A stretch of 64,000 bases of DNA, taken from NCBI GenBank assembly GCA_041739995.1, contig JBGSMV010000047.1:261682-325681 (forward strand), given 5' to 3'. Positions 37,740 to 47,924 of the stretch are shown one piece after another. The notes under the pieces are model-generated. The model saw nothing but the letters and a program-made list of their open reading frames with translations. It was not told the origin of the DNA and did no database searches. Source of the DNA: Bdellovibrionota bacterium (GTDB lineage Bacteria > Bdellovibrionota_C > UBA2361 > JBGSMV01). The position numbers were made by a program, and so were the translations under genes. Position 1 is the stretch's first letter; every line of letters begins with the position of its first letter.

Positions 37740-39431
37740 CTAGTCAGCTGCAGTGACGCGAAGAACTTCCTCCACCGTTGTTACGCCTTCTCGGAGTCTG
37801 AGCAGTCCTGAGGCTCTTAAAGTCAGCATGCCTAGTCGAATGGCTTCTCGTTTGATCTCTGTGGTTGAGGCACCATTGAGCACGAAGTCTTTTAGCTCCT
37901 CGCGCATTGGCATTACTTCATAGAGGGCAATACGACCCTTATAGCCAGTGTTGGCGCAGCGATTGCAGCCTTTACCTTGTTTGAGTTTGACGTGCCGCGC
38001 TTCCTCGGCGGCAATGCCGATGTTGACAAGGATTTCAGGGTTTACCTGAACTTCCTGCGCGCATTCAGGACATACGCGACGAGCAAGTCGTTGCGCTAAA
38101 ATAAGGTTGATGGAAGAGGCTACCAGGAAAGGCTCGACCCCCATGTTGAGCAAGCGGTTGATGGTGGAGGGTGCGTCGTTGGTGTGCAGCGTGGAGAGCA
38201 CAAGATGACCCGTAAGCGAGGCTTTGATGGCGATTTCTGCCGTTTCGTAATCTCGAACCTCACCAACCATGATGACGTCAGGATCTTGGCGGAGAAACGC
38301 TCTTAAAGCCGCGGCAAAATTGAATCCAATATCATCATGCATCTGGGCTTGGTTGATGCCGCCCAGGTTGTACTCAACAGGATCTTCAGCGGTGCTGATG
38401 TTGGTGGTGGTCTTATTGAGTTCGGCAAGCGCAGAGTAGAGCGTGGTTGTTTTCCCCGATCCAGTCGGTCCGGTTACGAGTACCATTCCATGTGGCTTGG
38501 AGATTGCTTCTTGAAAGTGAGTAATCTGACTTGGCTCGAAGCCAAGCTTAGTCATATCGAGCTGGAGATTGGACTTGTCGAGCAGACGCATTACCACTTT
38601 TTCCCCAAACAAAGTGGGGAGAACGTTGACGCGGTAGTCCATTTCGCGGTTTTGGCCGAGCTTAAGCTTGATACGACCGTCTTGCGGCAATCTACGCTCC
38701 GCAATGTCTAGATCCGCCATGATCTTGATACGAGAGGTGATGGCGTTCTTAAGCTTGGACGGCGGCTTCATGATTTCATAGAGCACACCGTCAATACGAA
38801 AGCGCACTCGGAAGGCACGCTCATATGGCTCTATGTGGATGTCTGATGCATTCTTTTTTATCGCGTCAGTGAGAATCGCATTCACCAGTTTCACCACAGG
38901 GGCGTCTTCGGTGGCGCGCTCCAGCTCGCCGACATCGATGGAGTCGCTGGTATCTACTACCTCAACATCATCCTCAACTTCGTTGATAATGTTTTCGTAA
39001 GAAACATGTGCTTCATAGGCGCGATCTTGCGCGGCCTTTACGTCACGCTCAGAGGCGATCACTACTTGAATATCAAGTCCCGTGATAAACTTAATGTCGT
39101 TGAGGGCCACGATATTGGTGGGATCGGCCATGGCGATGGTGAGTGCGCGGTCCTTTTGGACGACCGGCACAAGGTTATGCTTGGTCGCCAAGTTTTGCGG
39201 AACCATTTGCAGCACGCTTGGATCGAACTCCACAGAGTTGAGCTCTATGATCGGTACGCCGTATTGTTGACTGATGGTGGTAAGTAGATCTTCTTCGGAT
39301 AGGAAGCCAAGCTGCACAAGATGCCCACCGAGGAACCCCCCGTTGGTCTTTTGGAGCTCAGTGGCATGCTGATATTGCTCAGACGTTATGAGACCGGTCC
39401 GAACAAGAAGTTCTCCTACGCGGGACGACAT
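37740..39431 (-). CDS. pilB: Type IV pilus assembly ATPase PilB
   Basis: MshEN-like N-terminus (RVGELL...FLGGHLV), ASDIHIEP, GPTGSGKT, AEDPVE, LRQDPD, TGHLVLSTLHTN, two CxxC. Confidence 0.95.
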   Translation of the reverse strand: MSSRVGELLVRTGLITSEQYQHATELQKTNGGFLGGHLVQLGFLSEEDLLTTISQQYGVPIIELNSVEFDPSVLQMVPQNLATKHNLVPVVQKDRALTIAMADPTNIVALNDIKFITGLDIQVVIASERDVKAAQDRAYEAHVSYENIINEVEDDVEVVDTSDSIDVGELERATEDAPVVKLVNAILTDAIKKNASDIHIEPYERAFRVRFRIDGVLYEIMKPPSKLKNAITSRIKIMADLDIAERRLPQDGRIKLKLGQNREMDYRVNVLPTLFGEKVVMRLLDKSNLQLDMTKLGFEPSQITHFQEAISKPHGMVLVTGPTGSGKTTTLYSALAELNKTTTNISTAEDPVEYNLGGINQAQMHDDIGFNFAAALRAFLRQDPDVIMVGEVRDYETAEIAIKASLTGHLVLSTLHTNDAPSTINRLLNMGVEPFLVASSINLILAQRLARRVCPECAQEVQVNPEILVNIGIAAEEARHVKLKQGKGCNRCANTGYKGRIALYEVMPMREELKDFVLNGASTTEIKREAIRLGMLTLRASGLLRLREGVTTVEEVLRVTAAD

Positions 39432-39598
39432 GACGCTTCGCTACTTCCTATCTAGAGTTTTGGGCTGCCACCGTCTGGTGGCAAAAATTAGCTTCCAGTG
39501 CCAATATTCGGCGCTAATTGGTAAGAACTTGAAAAGTTTCGTGCTTTTTCTTAGGCGGCCTGGGAAGTCTTCCTAGTCCTGGTTCTGCTGCGTAGGCT

Positions 39599-40798
39599 AT
39601 GAAAAAGATTAATAAATCTAGAGAGAGTGCCCCTTCGGCCGCGAAAGCTGGCAGGAAGCCGGCGCGTGGCCTCAAGGCTTCAAATGAGCTGATCATCGAA
39701 GGTGAGGTGCTCTCGGCTGAAGATTCGGAGTCTGAAGAGGCGGTTCAGGACTCTGTTATCCAGGAACCTGAAGTCGTGGAGGGGGAGGTCCTTCCTGAGG
39801 GGCAGCTCGATCTCTCTGAGGATGAGGATTCTTCGGGTGAAGCGGGTACAGAGTCCTTGGGGGAATCTGTTGAAGAGGGTGTCGAAGTCGGTGCCGGTAA
39901 GACCAAAGACGAAACGGGGCGCCGAGCCCTCGTTCGCTTTGATGCCGTTGATGCCTATCTCAGGGAGATACGGGCTTATCCGAAATTGACTCGCGAGGAA
40001 GAGCGCGACCTAGCAGTGCGCTATCTTAGCGACAAAGATCTGCAGGCTGCCTACAAACTGGTTACCAGCAATCTCTGGCTTGTAGTGAAAATTGCTAGGG
40101 ACTATGAGCGCGCTGCGCGTGGTCTGCTGGACCTGGTTCAGGAGGGCAACATCGGACTGATGGAGGCGGTGCGCAATTACGATCCGTACCGAGGTGTACG
40201 GTTTCCTTCATATGCAGTGTGGTGGATCAAGGCCTATATTATTCGTTATCTGATTGCTAATTGGCGACTGGTAAAAATCGGAACCACCCAGGCACAGCGA
40301 AAGTTATTCTTCAATCTTCGAAAAGAGAAAGATCGGCTTGAGCAAGAAGGTTTTGCGCCTGCGCCAAAGCTGCTGGCAGAGCGCTTGAGCGTCAAAGAAA
40401 GCGAAATCATTGAGATGGAACAGCGCCTCAGCGGTTCCGATATGAGCGTCGATGCGCCTTTTGGGTCAAACGATAGTGGGGGCGGTGAGGGGGATGCGAG
40501 CCTTCTTTCGGTGCTGCCTGCCCCTCAGGCCAACGCTGAGGAAGTCCTGGAGAAGAAGCGATCGAGTGAGCTTATTCGGAATGGGCTTGCTGAGTTCGCC
40601 CTGACGCTTAAGGATAAGGAGCGGGTTATTTTTCAAGAGCGTATGCTTGGGGAAGAGAAGGCAACACTTCAAGACATATCAGAAAAGGTAGGCGTAAGCC
40701 GAGAGCGCGTGCGACAAATTGAGAATCGCTTAAAGGAAAGGCTTCGGGAGTTTCTCGTGGAGCGCTTGGGAAGCGCGCTTGAGAGCATGGAATTCTAG
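39599..40798 (+). CDS. rpoH: RNA polymerase sigma factor, RpoH/sigma32 type, with acidic N-terminal extension
   Basis: DLVQEGNIGLMEAV, SYAVWWIKAY, RpoH box TTQAQRKLFFNLR, GVSRERVRQIE. Confidence 0.85.
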   Translation: MKKINKSRESAPSAAKAGRKPARGLKASNELIIEGEVLSAEDSESEEAVQDSVIQEPEVVEGEVLPEGQLDLSEDEDSSGEAGTESLGESVEEGVEVGAGKTKDETGRRALVRFDAVDAYLREIRAYPKLTREEERDLAVRYLSDKDLQAAYKLVTSNLWLVVKIARDYERAARGLLDLVQEGNIGLMEAVRNYDPYRGVRFPSYAVWWIKAYIIRYLIANWRLVKIGTTQAQRKLFFNLRKEKDRLEQEGFAPAPKLLAERLSVKESEIIEMEQRLSGSDMSVDAPFGSNDSGGGEGDASLLSVLPAPQANAEEVLEKKRSSELIRNGLAEFALTLKDKERVIFQERMLGEEKATLQDISEKVGVSRERVRQIENRLKERLREFLVERLGSALESMEF

Positions 40799-40800
40799 CT

Positions 40801-42330
40801 ATGAACCAAAATGAGGACGTTGAGGAATTCCAGAGAGAGTCGGGCTCGGAGGCACCTCAGAAAAAACCGTCTCGAAGACGACGAAAACTCTTTGTGTCGC
40901 TTTCGATTGTCATCATTGTGGCGATGGTCTCATTGATCGCTTTTTTCGGGTGGGCAGAAATTTACACTCGCCAGTTTGAACCAAATCCCCCCGAAATTTC
41001 AGCGATTTCCGTTCCCCGAGGAATTGGCCTTGCGCCAGTGACGGTAAGTTTTGACCTGCGCGATCCGGGAGCGGGGCTGGACGAAGTAGTAGTAAGAACG
41101 AAGCAACGCGGAAAGTCGCGCGAGGTGTTGCGTCAGGCGCTTGACGGTAAGCGAGCGGCGCGTGTGTCTATCGATTTCCCCGGTGAAAAGAGTGACTTGG
41201 AAGAAGGCGTTGTTGAGCTAGAGGTTCGCGCTTTCGATCGAAGCTTTTGGAGTAATGCGGCAACTAAATCGTTGTCCTTGAAAGTAGATTTCCGCAGACC
41301 AAGAGTAGAGGTGCTCAGTAGTCAGCATAATGCTCGCCAGGGCGGTTCTCAGCTCATCATCTATAGGGCAATCGATGAAGATCTTGCGCTTTCTGGGGTG
41401 AAGATAGGAGACGAAATGTTTCCCGGCTATCCGGCGCGAGGGCTCGATAGGGATTTTTCTGAAAGCACGTTATATGCCGCGATTTTTGCAGTGGACTTGC
41501 GGCACGAATCGGTTCCGCCCATGCAGCTTTATGCAGAAGATTCGGTCGGTAACACCGGAGGCGCTTCGTTCTACTATCGAGTTGCTTCTCGATCTTTGCG
41601 CCCGACTAAGGTGAGTCTTGGGGAAGAATTCATGCGACAGACAGTCGCTTCCATCGTCGAGCAAAATCTTTCTGTGCTTGAAGCTGAGAGTAAGCGAATG
41701 GGAGAGCCCGCGCTGTTTAAGACTCAGCGGGGAAGTGAGGAGCGCCTGGTCGAGCAGTTTCAGTTGGTGAACGATCGGGTGCGCAAGCTGAATGATGAGG
41801 CGATCTCCAGCTTGCTGCAGGGACCACGCTTCGAGCGAATGTGGGAAGGTCCTTTGGGGCGACCGGTGGGAACTCTGATTTCTGCCTTTGGAGACCGCAT
41901 ATCCTATTCATTTAGATCCAAAGATATCGCCTCTACAATTGCCACGGGATTCGAGCTTGGACCTCGTGGCGGCTCAGAGGATGTGTTTGCTGTGGCCGAT
42001 GGAGTGGTCACTTTTTCTGAAGGATTCGGAGTTCCCGGCAGGGTGGTCGGGCTTGATCATGGATTAGGGCTCAGCACAATTTACGGTAGTTTAGATCAGG
42101 CCTATGTCGCTCGCGGTGAGTCGGTGCGCTCAGGTCAGCGAATCGGCCGGGTCGGAGCCAGTGGCTTAACGCGTACGCCAAGGCTTTATTTTGAGGTGCG
42201 GGTGCATGGAGTTCCGGTGGCACCGGAAGAATGGTGGGAGAGCCGCTGGTTCTATGACCACATCACCGCAAAGATAAACGAGGTCAAACAGTCGCTTGGG
42301 ATGGCCGTTCTTCGGCCAATCGACCGCTAG
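40801..42330 (+). CDS. M23/LytM family membrane-anchored protein lacking zinc ligands
   Basis: VFAVADGVV, G..V.LDHGLGLSTIYG, GQRIGRVG.SG, LYFEVRVHGVPVAP.EWW. Confidence 0.8.
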   Translation: MNQNEDVEEFQRESGSEAPQKKPSRRRRKLFVSLSIVIIVAMVSLIAFFGWAEIYTRQFEPNPPEISAISVPRGIGLAPVTVSFDLRDPGAGLDEVVVRTKQRGKSREVLRQALDGKRAARVSIDFPGEKSDLEEGVVELEVRAFDRSFWSNAATKSLSLKVDFRRPRVEVLSSQHNARQGGSQLIIYRAIDEDLALSGVKIGDEMFPGYPARGLDRDFSESTLYAAIFAVDLRHESVPPMQLYAEDSVGNTGGASFYYRVASRSLRPTKVSLGEEFMRQTVASIVEQNLSVLEAESKRMGEPALFKTQRGSEERLVEQFQLVNDRVRKLNDEAISSLLQGPRFERMWEGPLGRPVGTLISAFGDRISYSFRSKDIASTIATGFELGPRGGSEDVFAVADGVVTFSEGFGVPGRVVGLDHGLGLSTIYGSLDQAYVARGESVRSGQRIGRVGASGLTRTPRLYFEVRVHGVPVAPEEWWESRWFYDHITAKINEVKQSLGMAVLRPIDR

Positions 42331-42468
42331 TGTCCTGAGTTCAGAGTCCGATGAATAATTCTCGCCGAGCTCGCTGCTCTCTTTGTGAATATATTTAATG
42401 CATTACACAATGAGTTCAGCGGTAACAGCGAGAAGGGTACTTGAATGAACTTCTGACTCAGAACACGA
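42327..42468. mobile_element. MITE-like element, family A, copy 2
   Basis: CTAGTGTCCTGAGTTCAGAGTCC...GAACTTCTGACTCAGAACAC; shares CGATGAATAATTCTCGCCGAGCTCGCTGCTCTCTTTGTGA with copy 1. Confidence 0.75.
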
Positions 42469-42493
42469 ACAGGGTGGTAAAAAACTAACGCTG

Positions 42494-42649
42494 CTAGGTG
42501 TCGGTGACACAGCCCTGTGTATGGGGAGCCGCCTTCGCTCGCATGTGCCTGTGCTGTCATTTAATTCTAGGTGGCTTCCCCCTTCGATAAATCTACGGTG
42601 GACAAGTCGGCGGGACGTCGTCGTCTGTGCCTGTGTCGCAAATTCCTAG
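42494..42649. mobile_element. MITE-like element, family C, copy 2 (inverted relative to copy 1)
   Basis: Reverse complement shares CAGGCACAGACGAC, GTCCCGCCGACTTGT, AAGGGGGAAGCC, AAGGCGG and CCCCATA with 2935-3116; CTAG at both ends. Confidence 0.7.
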
Positions 42650-42746
42650 AGCGCTCAGCCACTCCCATGTTGTTTGTCACATTTCTATCATAGGCTATAA
42701 GCTGGTGGCCTAAAGCCCGTTCTTGTTAACTAGTCTAGGAGAGGGG

Positions 42747-43289
42747 ATGAACAAGCTCTTTGGTATTCTTGTTGGCGGCATAATAGTTTTCGCGCTTGTC
42801 CTCATGTATCGGGCTTCACAAGCGGGAACAGCGCACGTGTTTACCCCATCTCAGCTTGTCGCTCAGAGCGCACAGCCTATTCCTCGATTGAGAGTGGCCG
42901 GACGAGTGTCGGCGGAAGCAGAGGTGCGTTACGTCACCGAACCTAGAGCTGAGCTCCGTTTCTCTATCATCGATCTTCCCGAAAAAATTAAAACCTACGG
43001 TGAGAGTTTCTCTAGTGCTGGCGCTGACCAGGCAGAAATTCCTGCACAATCTTCCTCCCCTGCTCCTTCCGACTCTATTCAACCTGAGACTGCTATTGCC
43101 GAGACGTCTATTACTGGAGCCTTGGTCCCGGTAGTGTATCAGGGGCTTCGCCCAGACATGTTTGAAGCGGGGCGGGATGTCATTATTGACGGTGAGTTTA
43201 AAGACGGTGTGGTGATAGCGAGCTCTCTGCTCACGCAGTGTCCTTCGAAATATGAGGCCCCTTCACCAGAGGGAAAATACCTAAACTGA
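42747..43289 (+). CDS. ccmE: Heme chaperone CcmE, CxxxY type
   Basis: N-terminal TM, LRVAGRV, VVYQG.RPDMF.AGRDVIIDG, LLTQCPSKY. Confidence 0.9.
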   Translation: MNKLFGILVGGIIVFALVLMYRASQAGTAHVFTPSQLVAQSAQPIPRLRVAGRVSAEAEVRYVTEPRAELRFSIIDLPEKIKTYGESFSSAGADQAEIPAQSSSPAPSDSIQPETAIAETSITGALVPVVYQGLRPDMFEAGRDVIIDGEFKDGVVIASSLLTQCPSKYEAPSPEGKYLN

Positions 43290-43397
43290 GGGCGAGGCTC
43301 TTCAAGGGCCTAATGGTTTGCCAAGCGGTCAGCGGGTCGCCCTCATCTAGCGCTAGGCCTAAGGGCAGCTTATGGTCGGGCTCAGAGAAACAGTCTT

Positions 43398-45428
43398 ATG
43401 AATGATTTTGGGCACTACAATCTATTTTTGGCCTGGCTACTGTCCTTAGTTGCTGTAGGGACCGGAGCGCGGGCAGGGATTCTCATAAAGAGCGACGTTC
43501 GACGCGGCCTGCAATGGAGCGCCATTACGGCTAACGTCGCTCTGATGGCCGGGGCCTGCGGTGCTCTGTCGCTCTTCGCCCTGGGTTGGATGTTTCATTT
43601 CAACGATTACGCCAACCAGTATGTCTGGCAGTACTCCAACATCGACATGTCGCCTTTCTATAAAGTGTCTGCAATCTGGGGCGGCATGGATGGGTCCATG
43701 TTGCTTTGGGCGGTAATGCTGTCGGTATGCGGCTCGCTTGTCGCTCTTCGTGCCACGAAGTATCCGCGCGCTTTAGTCCCATGGGTGATAGCGGTCATCG
43801 CCTCTTCGGCGCTTTTCTTTCTGTCGATAGTATTCTTTCTCACCAATCCGTTTCGCTATATTCACTCGTCCTTTATTCCCCCAGACGGCAACGGGTTGAA
43901 TCCGCTTTTACAGAATCCCTTCATGGCGATTCACCCGCCGACACTCTACGTGGGGTTCACCACCCATGTGGTGCCGTTCGCGTTTTGCTTAGGCGCACTG
44001 CTCTCGGGGCAACTCACTAACGAGTGGATACGGTTGACGAGGCGCTGGGCACTTGTGGCCTGGACCTTCCTTACTGCCGGGATAGTGCTCGGTGGCTACT
44101 GGGCCTACATCGAGCTTGGTTGGGGCGGATTTTGGGCCTGGGATCCAGTCGAAAACGCATCGTTTCTTCCTTGGCTTACCTCGACAGCCTTCATTCATTC
44201 GGTGATGGTGCAAGAGCGTAAGAATATGCTGCGCATGTGGAATGTGTGGCTAATGGTTACGACGTATCTGCTCACCGTATTTGGAACATTTCTGACTCGG
44301 TCGGGCATTGTGCAAAGTGTGCATGCGTTTGCTTCGACTGATGTGGGCTGGGTATTTCTTACCTACTTAGTCGTCATGGTCGCATTCACTTTGTGGCTTA
44401 CCCTTTGGCGCAGAAAGGAGCTTCGCTCTGACAAAAAAATAGAAAGCTTCTGGTCACGTGAAGCATTTTTTCTTTTGAATAACTTGGTCCTGCTCTCGAT
44501 CGCATTTGCTACCGTGTGGGGAGTTTTATTTCCTGTTCTGTCAGAAGCTATCACTGGGCAGAAGCAGGCTGTCGGTATTCCTTATTTCAACGCGGTAAAC
44601 GTACCGTTGTTTTTATTGCTCATTCTGTTGATGGGCATGGGGCCGCTCATTGCCTGGAAGCGCGCTTCTTTGGTTAGTTTGCGTAAGACTTTTCTCGCGC
44701 CTTTTCTTACCGCGCTATTAATCTGCATCGGTCTGGCGGTTACGGGGATTGACGAGTTCTACCCGTTGCTTTCCTACGGGCTGTGTTGGTTTGTTCTCAT
44801 GACGATTCTTGGAGAGCTACATCGCGGTGCGCGAGCGCAACGGGTGACTGCGGGGGCGGCGCAAGTCGGTTACGCGCAGGGTGTGTCTAAGTTGCTTAAT
44901 CGACATCGAACTCGCTACGCAGGATATCTAGTGCACTTTGGCGTCGTGATAGTGACCATCGCCATTACCGCTTCAATGGCGCACAAAGTTGAAAAAGAAT
45001 TCACCTTAGAGAAAGGTCAGAGCACAGAGATGCGCAGGTTCTCTTTGACGCTTGATAATATTGAACCGCGTTCCACACCGAACTATCAGGCGCTACATGC
45101 AGTGGTAAGCGTGCGCGATCGCAAGTCTCAGGAACTGCTTGGAGTGCTGGAACCTGAGCTTCGCTCCTATAATCGCAACAAGGAGTCCACCACTGAGGTA
45201 ACCATTCTTAAGAGCTGGCAGGACGATTTGTATCTTGTGGTTGCTGGCTTGGATGAGACTGGGACACGAGCTTCGCTAAAGGCTTATGTGAACCCATTGC
45301 AATCTTGGCTCTGGTTTGGGGTGATGGTGATGATGGCGGGGAGTATTTTGGTCATGTTCCCGAAAACTACTAGTGCTTCGAATTTGGCAGCCGAGACCGA
45401 AGGCTATGTTCCGGAAAGGGCGAGCTAG
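43398..45428 (+). CDS. ccmF: Cytochrome c heme lyase CcmF
   Basis: GLNPLLQN, IHPP, WAYIELGWGGFWAWDPVENAS, RSG..SVHAF, HFG. Confidence 0.96.
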   Translation: MNDFGHYNLFLAWLLSLVAVGTGARAGILIKSDVRRGLQWSAITANVALMAGACGALSLFALGWMFHFNDYANQYVWQYSNIDMSPFYKVSAIWGGMDGSMLLWAVMLSVCGSLVALRATKYPRALVPWVIAVIASSALFFLSIVFFLTNPFRYIHSSFIPPDGNGLNPLLQNPFMAIHPPTLYVGFTTHVVPFAFCLGALLSGQLTNEWIRLTRRWALVAWTFLTAGIVLGGYWAYIELGWGGFWAWDPVENASFLPWLTSTAFIHSVMVQERKNMLRMWNVWLMVTTYLLTVFGTFLTRSGIVQSVHAFASTDVGWVFLTYLVVMVAFTLWLTLWRRKELRSDKKIESFWSREAFFLLNNLVLLSIAFATVWGVLFPVLSEAITGQKQAVGIPYFNAVNVPLFLLLILLMGMGPLIAWKRASLVSLRKTFLAPFLTALLICIGLAVTGIDEFYPLLSYGLCWFVLMTILGELHRGARAQRVTAGAAQVGYAQGVSKLLNRHRTRYAGYLVHFGVVIVTIAITASMAHKVEKEFTLEKGQSTEMRRFSLTLDNIEPRSTPNYQALHAVVSVRDRKSQELLGVLEPELRSYNRNKESTTEVTILKSWQDDLYLVVAGLDETGTRASLKAYVNPLQSWLWFGVMVMMAGSILVMFPKTTSASNLAAETEGYVPERAS

Positions 45429-45719
45429 GTGGAGATTTCTCTATTTGCATCAGCGGCGCTTACGTTCGTGTTGCTTTGGTTCATACTTTCACCAGTGTTA
45501 CACGTTGATCGTCGTGAGGTACTGAGTGTTCTGGGCGATGGAGAGCGGACGCTTACGGATCAGAAGGAACGCTGCATTCAAGTTCTGCGCGATTTAGATT
45601 TAGATTTTGAAACTCAAAAAATCCTTGAGTCGGACTACCAATTCATGAAATCTCAAATCTCGCATGAGCTTGCAGGTATCTTGGAACGATTGGATCTGCT
45701 TCGTAAGGACGCGAATTAA
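45429..45719 (+). CDS. Small membrane protein in the ccm operon (resembles CcmI N-terminus)
   Basis: TM followed by LRDLDLDFETQKI.ESDY helix; abuts the ccmF stop. Confidence 0.55.
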   Translation: MEISLFASAALTFVLLWFILSPVLHVDRREVLSVLGDGERTLTDQKERCIQVLRDLDLDFETQKILESDYQFMKSQISHELAGILERLDLLRKDAN

Positions 45720-45780
45720 CGAATTCGTTTGGGACGAGAAATACTAAAAAGTCTTAGCTTGTGAGACACGAGGGCTTGGG

Positions 45781-46458
45781 GTGCTAGACGTTTCGAATAT
45801 TAGTTATCAATACCCAACCGTCCCGGTATTGAGCAGCTGCTCACTCTCAATTGGTAGAGCCGAAACATGCCTTTTGCTCGGAGCAAACGGTTCGGGCAAG
45901 TCGACACTGCTCGGCCTAGTCGCGGGCCTCAAGCGCCCCTCAACGGGCTGCGTGAAAATTGACGGCAAGCTAAGCAGCCATGTTCGTTTTGGCGGGCATG
46001 AGCTGATGCTGTATGGGCAATTTACCGTCGAAGAGAATCTCAGCCTATTCGTAGCCTTGTATGGCCTTGCTCCTCAATCAGCAGTGGAGAGCCTCGAGCT
46101 GTGGGGACTTGCCGCCTATCGGCACCGACGAGTGAACGACTTGTCAAAAGGGAATCGGGCCCGAGTGAGTCTTGCCAGGGCGTTTTTGGGAAGTGGATCG
46201 GTCATCTTGCTCGATGAACCTACTGCAGCTCTGGACGATGCCGGCACCAGAATTCTTTGTGGTGCGGTGGAGCGCGAGCGATCAAATGGAAGTGCCTGTC
46301 TCATTGCGACTCACGATTTGGCTCGGCTCCTTCCGATTGCCACCAGGGTTATTGTTTTGAAAGACGGGGCCGTGTTGGCGGACTCTCGAGCGGATGAGGT
46401 TGAAGGTTCAGCCGGTATCCAGAGAGTGGTTGAACAGTATCGGGAGCTTAACCGATGA
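45781..46458 (+). CDS. ccmA: Heme ABC exporter ATPase CcmA
   Basis: GANGSGKS, H..MLY..FTVEENL, LSKG, LLDEP, ATHD; operon context. Confidence 0.85.
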   Translation: MLDVSNISYQYPTVPVLSSCSLSIGRAETCLLLGANGSGKSTLLGLVAGLKRPSTGCVKIDGKLSSHVRFGGHELMLYGQFTVEENLSLFVALYGLAPQSAVESLELWGLAAYRHRRVNDLSKGNRARVSLARAFLGSGSVILLDEPTAALDDAGTRILCGAVERERSNGSACLIATHDLARLLPIATRVIVLKDGAVLADSRADEVEGSAGIQRVVEQYRELNR

Positions 46459-47144
46459 GGCGCGCAGTGGGCCAATTCCTTTCAGTCTTCTTGAGCATGG
46501 GCGCCTTAGAATTAAGAGTTCGAGAAACCTTGGCGGTGATGCTTTCGTTAGCGATTATTATCGCTGTAGTGGTCGCATTTGGAGTGACTACGGTATTCTT
46601 GGATCCAGCTGGCAGGGAGAAGTTGTTTCCGGCGGCCATCTGGATTTGTTTTATTCTCAATGCGGCCGTGTCGCTCGGCAGAAGTTTTGAGTACGAGACG
46701 GAGCATAGACTTTTGGACGGGCTGCTTCTGGCCGGAGTGGCGCCCGCGTCCATATTCATTTCTAAGGCTTTGGTTAACTTTGTAGTGCTTTCCGTGGCGC
46801 ATCTGACCGGCGTGGTAGCACTGGGAATGTTATTAGGCGTTTCGATTGCGGCCCAATCGACAGATTTCATAATTATCTCGGTGCTCGTGGTGCTTGCCTA
46901 TAGTGCGCTTGCGACGCTTGTCGCGGCACTTACCACCGGCTCCAGGCTGCGCAACGCGCTGCTTCCGATTATTCTACTGCCACTCGTGCTGCCACTTTTC
47001 TTTTGTGGGGTAGAACTCACTACCCAGCTTGCCCTTGGGGAGAGCTTCTCGCTTGGCGGAGCGTGGGGGCAGATGCTGATCGGGCTCGCGGTGCTGTATG
47101 TGGGGCTTGGAGCTTTGTTATTTGAGAGCGTGGTACGTGAGTAG
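46455..47144 (+). CDS. ccmB: Heme exporter permease CcmB
   Basis: RSFEYE...LDGLLL, IFISK, LLPIILLPLVLP; six TMs. Confidence 0.85.
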   Translation: MRRAVGQFLSVFLSMGALELRVRETLAVMLSLAIIIAVVVAFGVTTVFLDPAGREKLFPAAIWICFILNAAVSLGRSFEYETEHRLLDGLLLAGVAPASIFISKALVNFVVLSVAHLTGVVALGMLLGVSIAAQSTDFIIISVLVVLAYSALATLVAALTTGSRLRNALLPIILLPLVLPLFFCGVELTTQLALGESFSLGGAWGQMLIGLAVLYVGLGALLFESVVRE

Positions 47145-47195
47145 CGCCCCATGGCAATATGGCCGATTGCTTTATAGAGTGATGACATTGGGATC

Positions 47196-47900
47196 ATGAA
47201 TCAAATTGAGAAAACCAAGACTCGCCTGATGGGCCTTGAATATGCGGCGCTCGCCGTGGTGGCGTTGCTTATGGCGTACGCGCTGTGGTGGGTGTTCATA
47301 GGCGTGCCGAATGAGCGTGTGATGGGCCCAGTGCAGAGGATTTTCTATTTTCATGTCGGTAGCGCGATTGCCTGTTATTGCTCTGTGGCTACGGTGCTTG
47401 CGGGTAGCCTCGCGTTTCTTGCAACCCGAAAGAGAATTTTTGATGTGGCTAGTGAGGCCGCTGCTGAGGTCGGGCTTGTATTTGCAACAGTCGTAATGCT
47501 CTCCGGTATGATCTGGGCTCGTCCCATTTGGAACACTTGGTTTCATTGGGAGCCGCGACTACTTAGCTTTCTATGTCTCTGGCTTGTGTTTCTTTCTCTT
47601 ATTCTTTTGAGGCGCTTTGGAGATCAGGAGCGCACGCCCGCGCACTGCGCGGTCTTAGGCGTGGTGGCGGCCATTACAGTTCCAATCGTAGTGTATTCAA
47701 TTCAGCTTCTTCCGCAGTTTGCTCAGTTACATCCACAAGTGGTGGGTCGACGAGGCTTACGTGAAGACTCTTTCCGTTGGGCTTTTGGTATTACAACGTT
47801 TGCGCTTATCTGTTTTCAGTTTTTTTTGGTCTATGTGCGCGCTCGTATCGGATGGGTGAGCATCCGGGTTAAGATGGCGAGTAACGACGCGATGGTGTAG
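47196..47900 (+). CDS. ccmC: Heme exporter CcmC
   Basis: RIFYFHV, SGMIWARPIWNTWFHWEPRL (WWD-like), LHP. Confidence 0.92.
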   Translation: MNQIEKTKTRLMGLEYAALAVVALLMAYALWWVFIGVPNERVMGPVQRIFYFHVGSAIACYCSVATVLAGSLAFLATRKRIFDVASEAAAEVGLVFATVVMLSGMIWARPIWNTWFHWEPRLLSFLCLWLVFLSLILLRRFGDQERTPAHCAVLGVVAAITVPIVVYSIQLLPQFAQLHPQVVGRRGLREDSFRWAFGITTFALICFQFFLVYVRARIGWVSIRVKMASNDAMV

Positions 47901-47924
47901 CTCTTAAGAATTGAGGGAGTTAGT

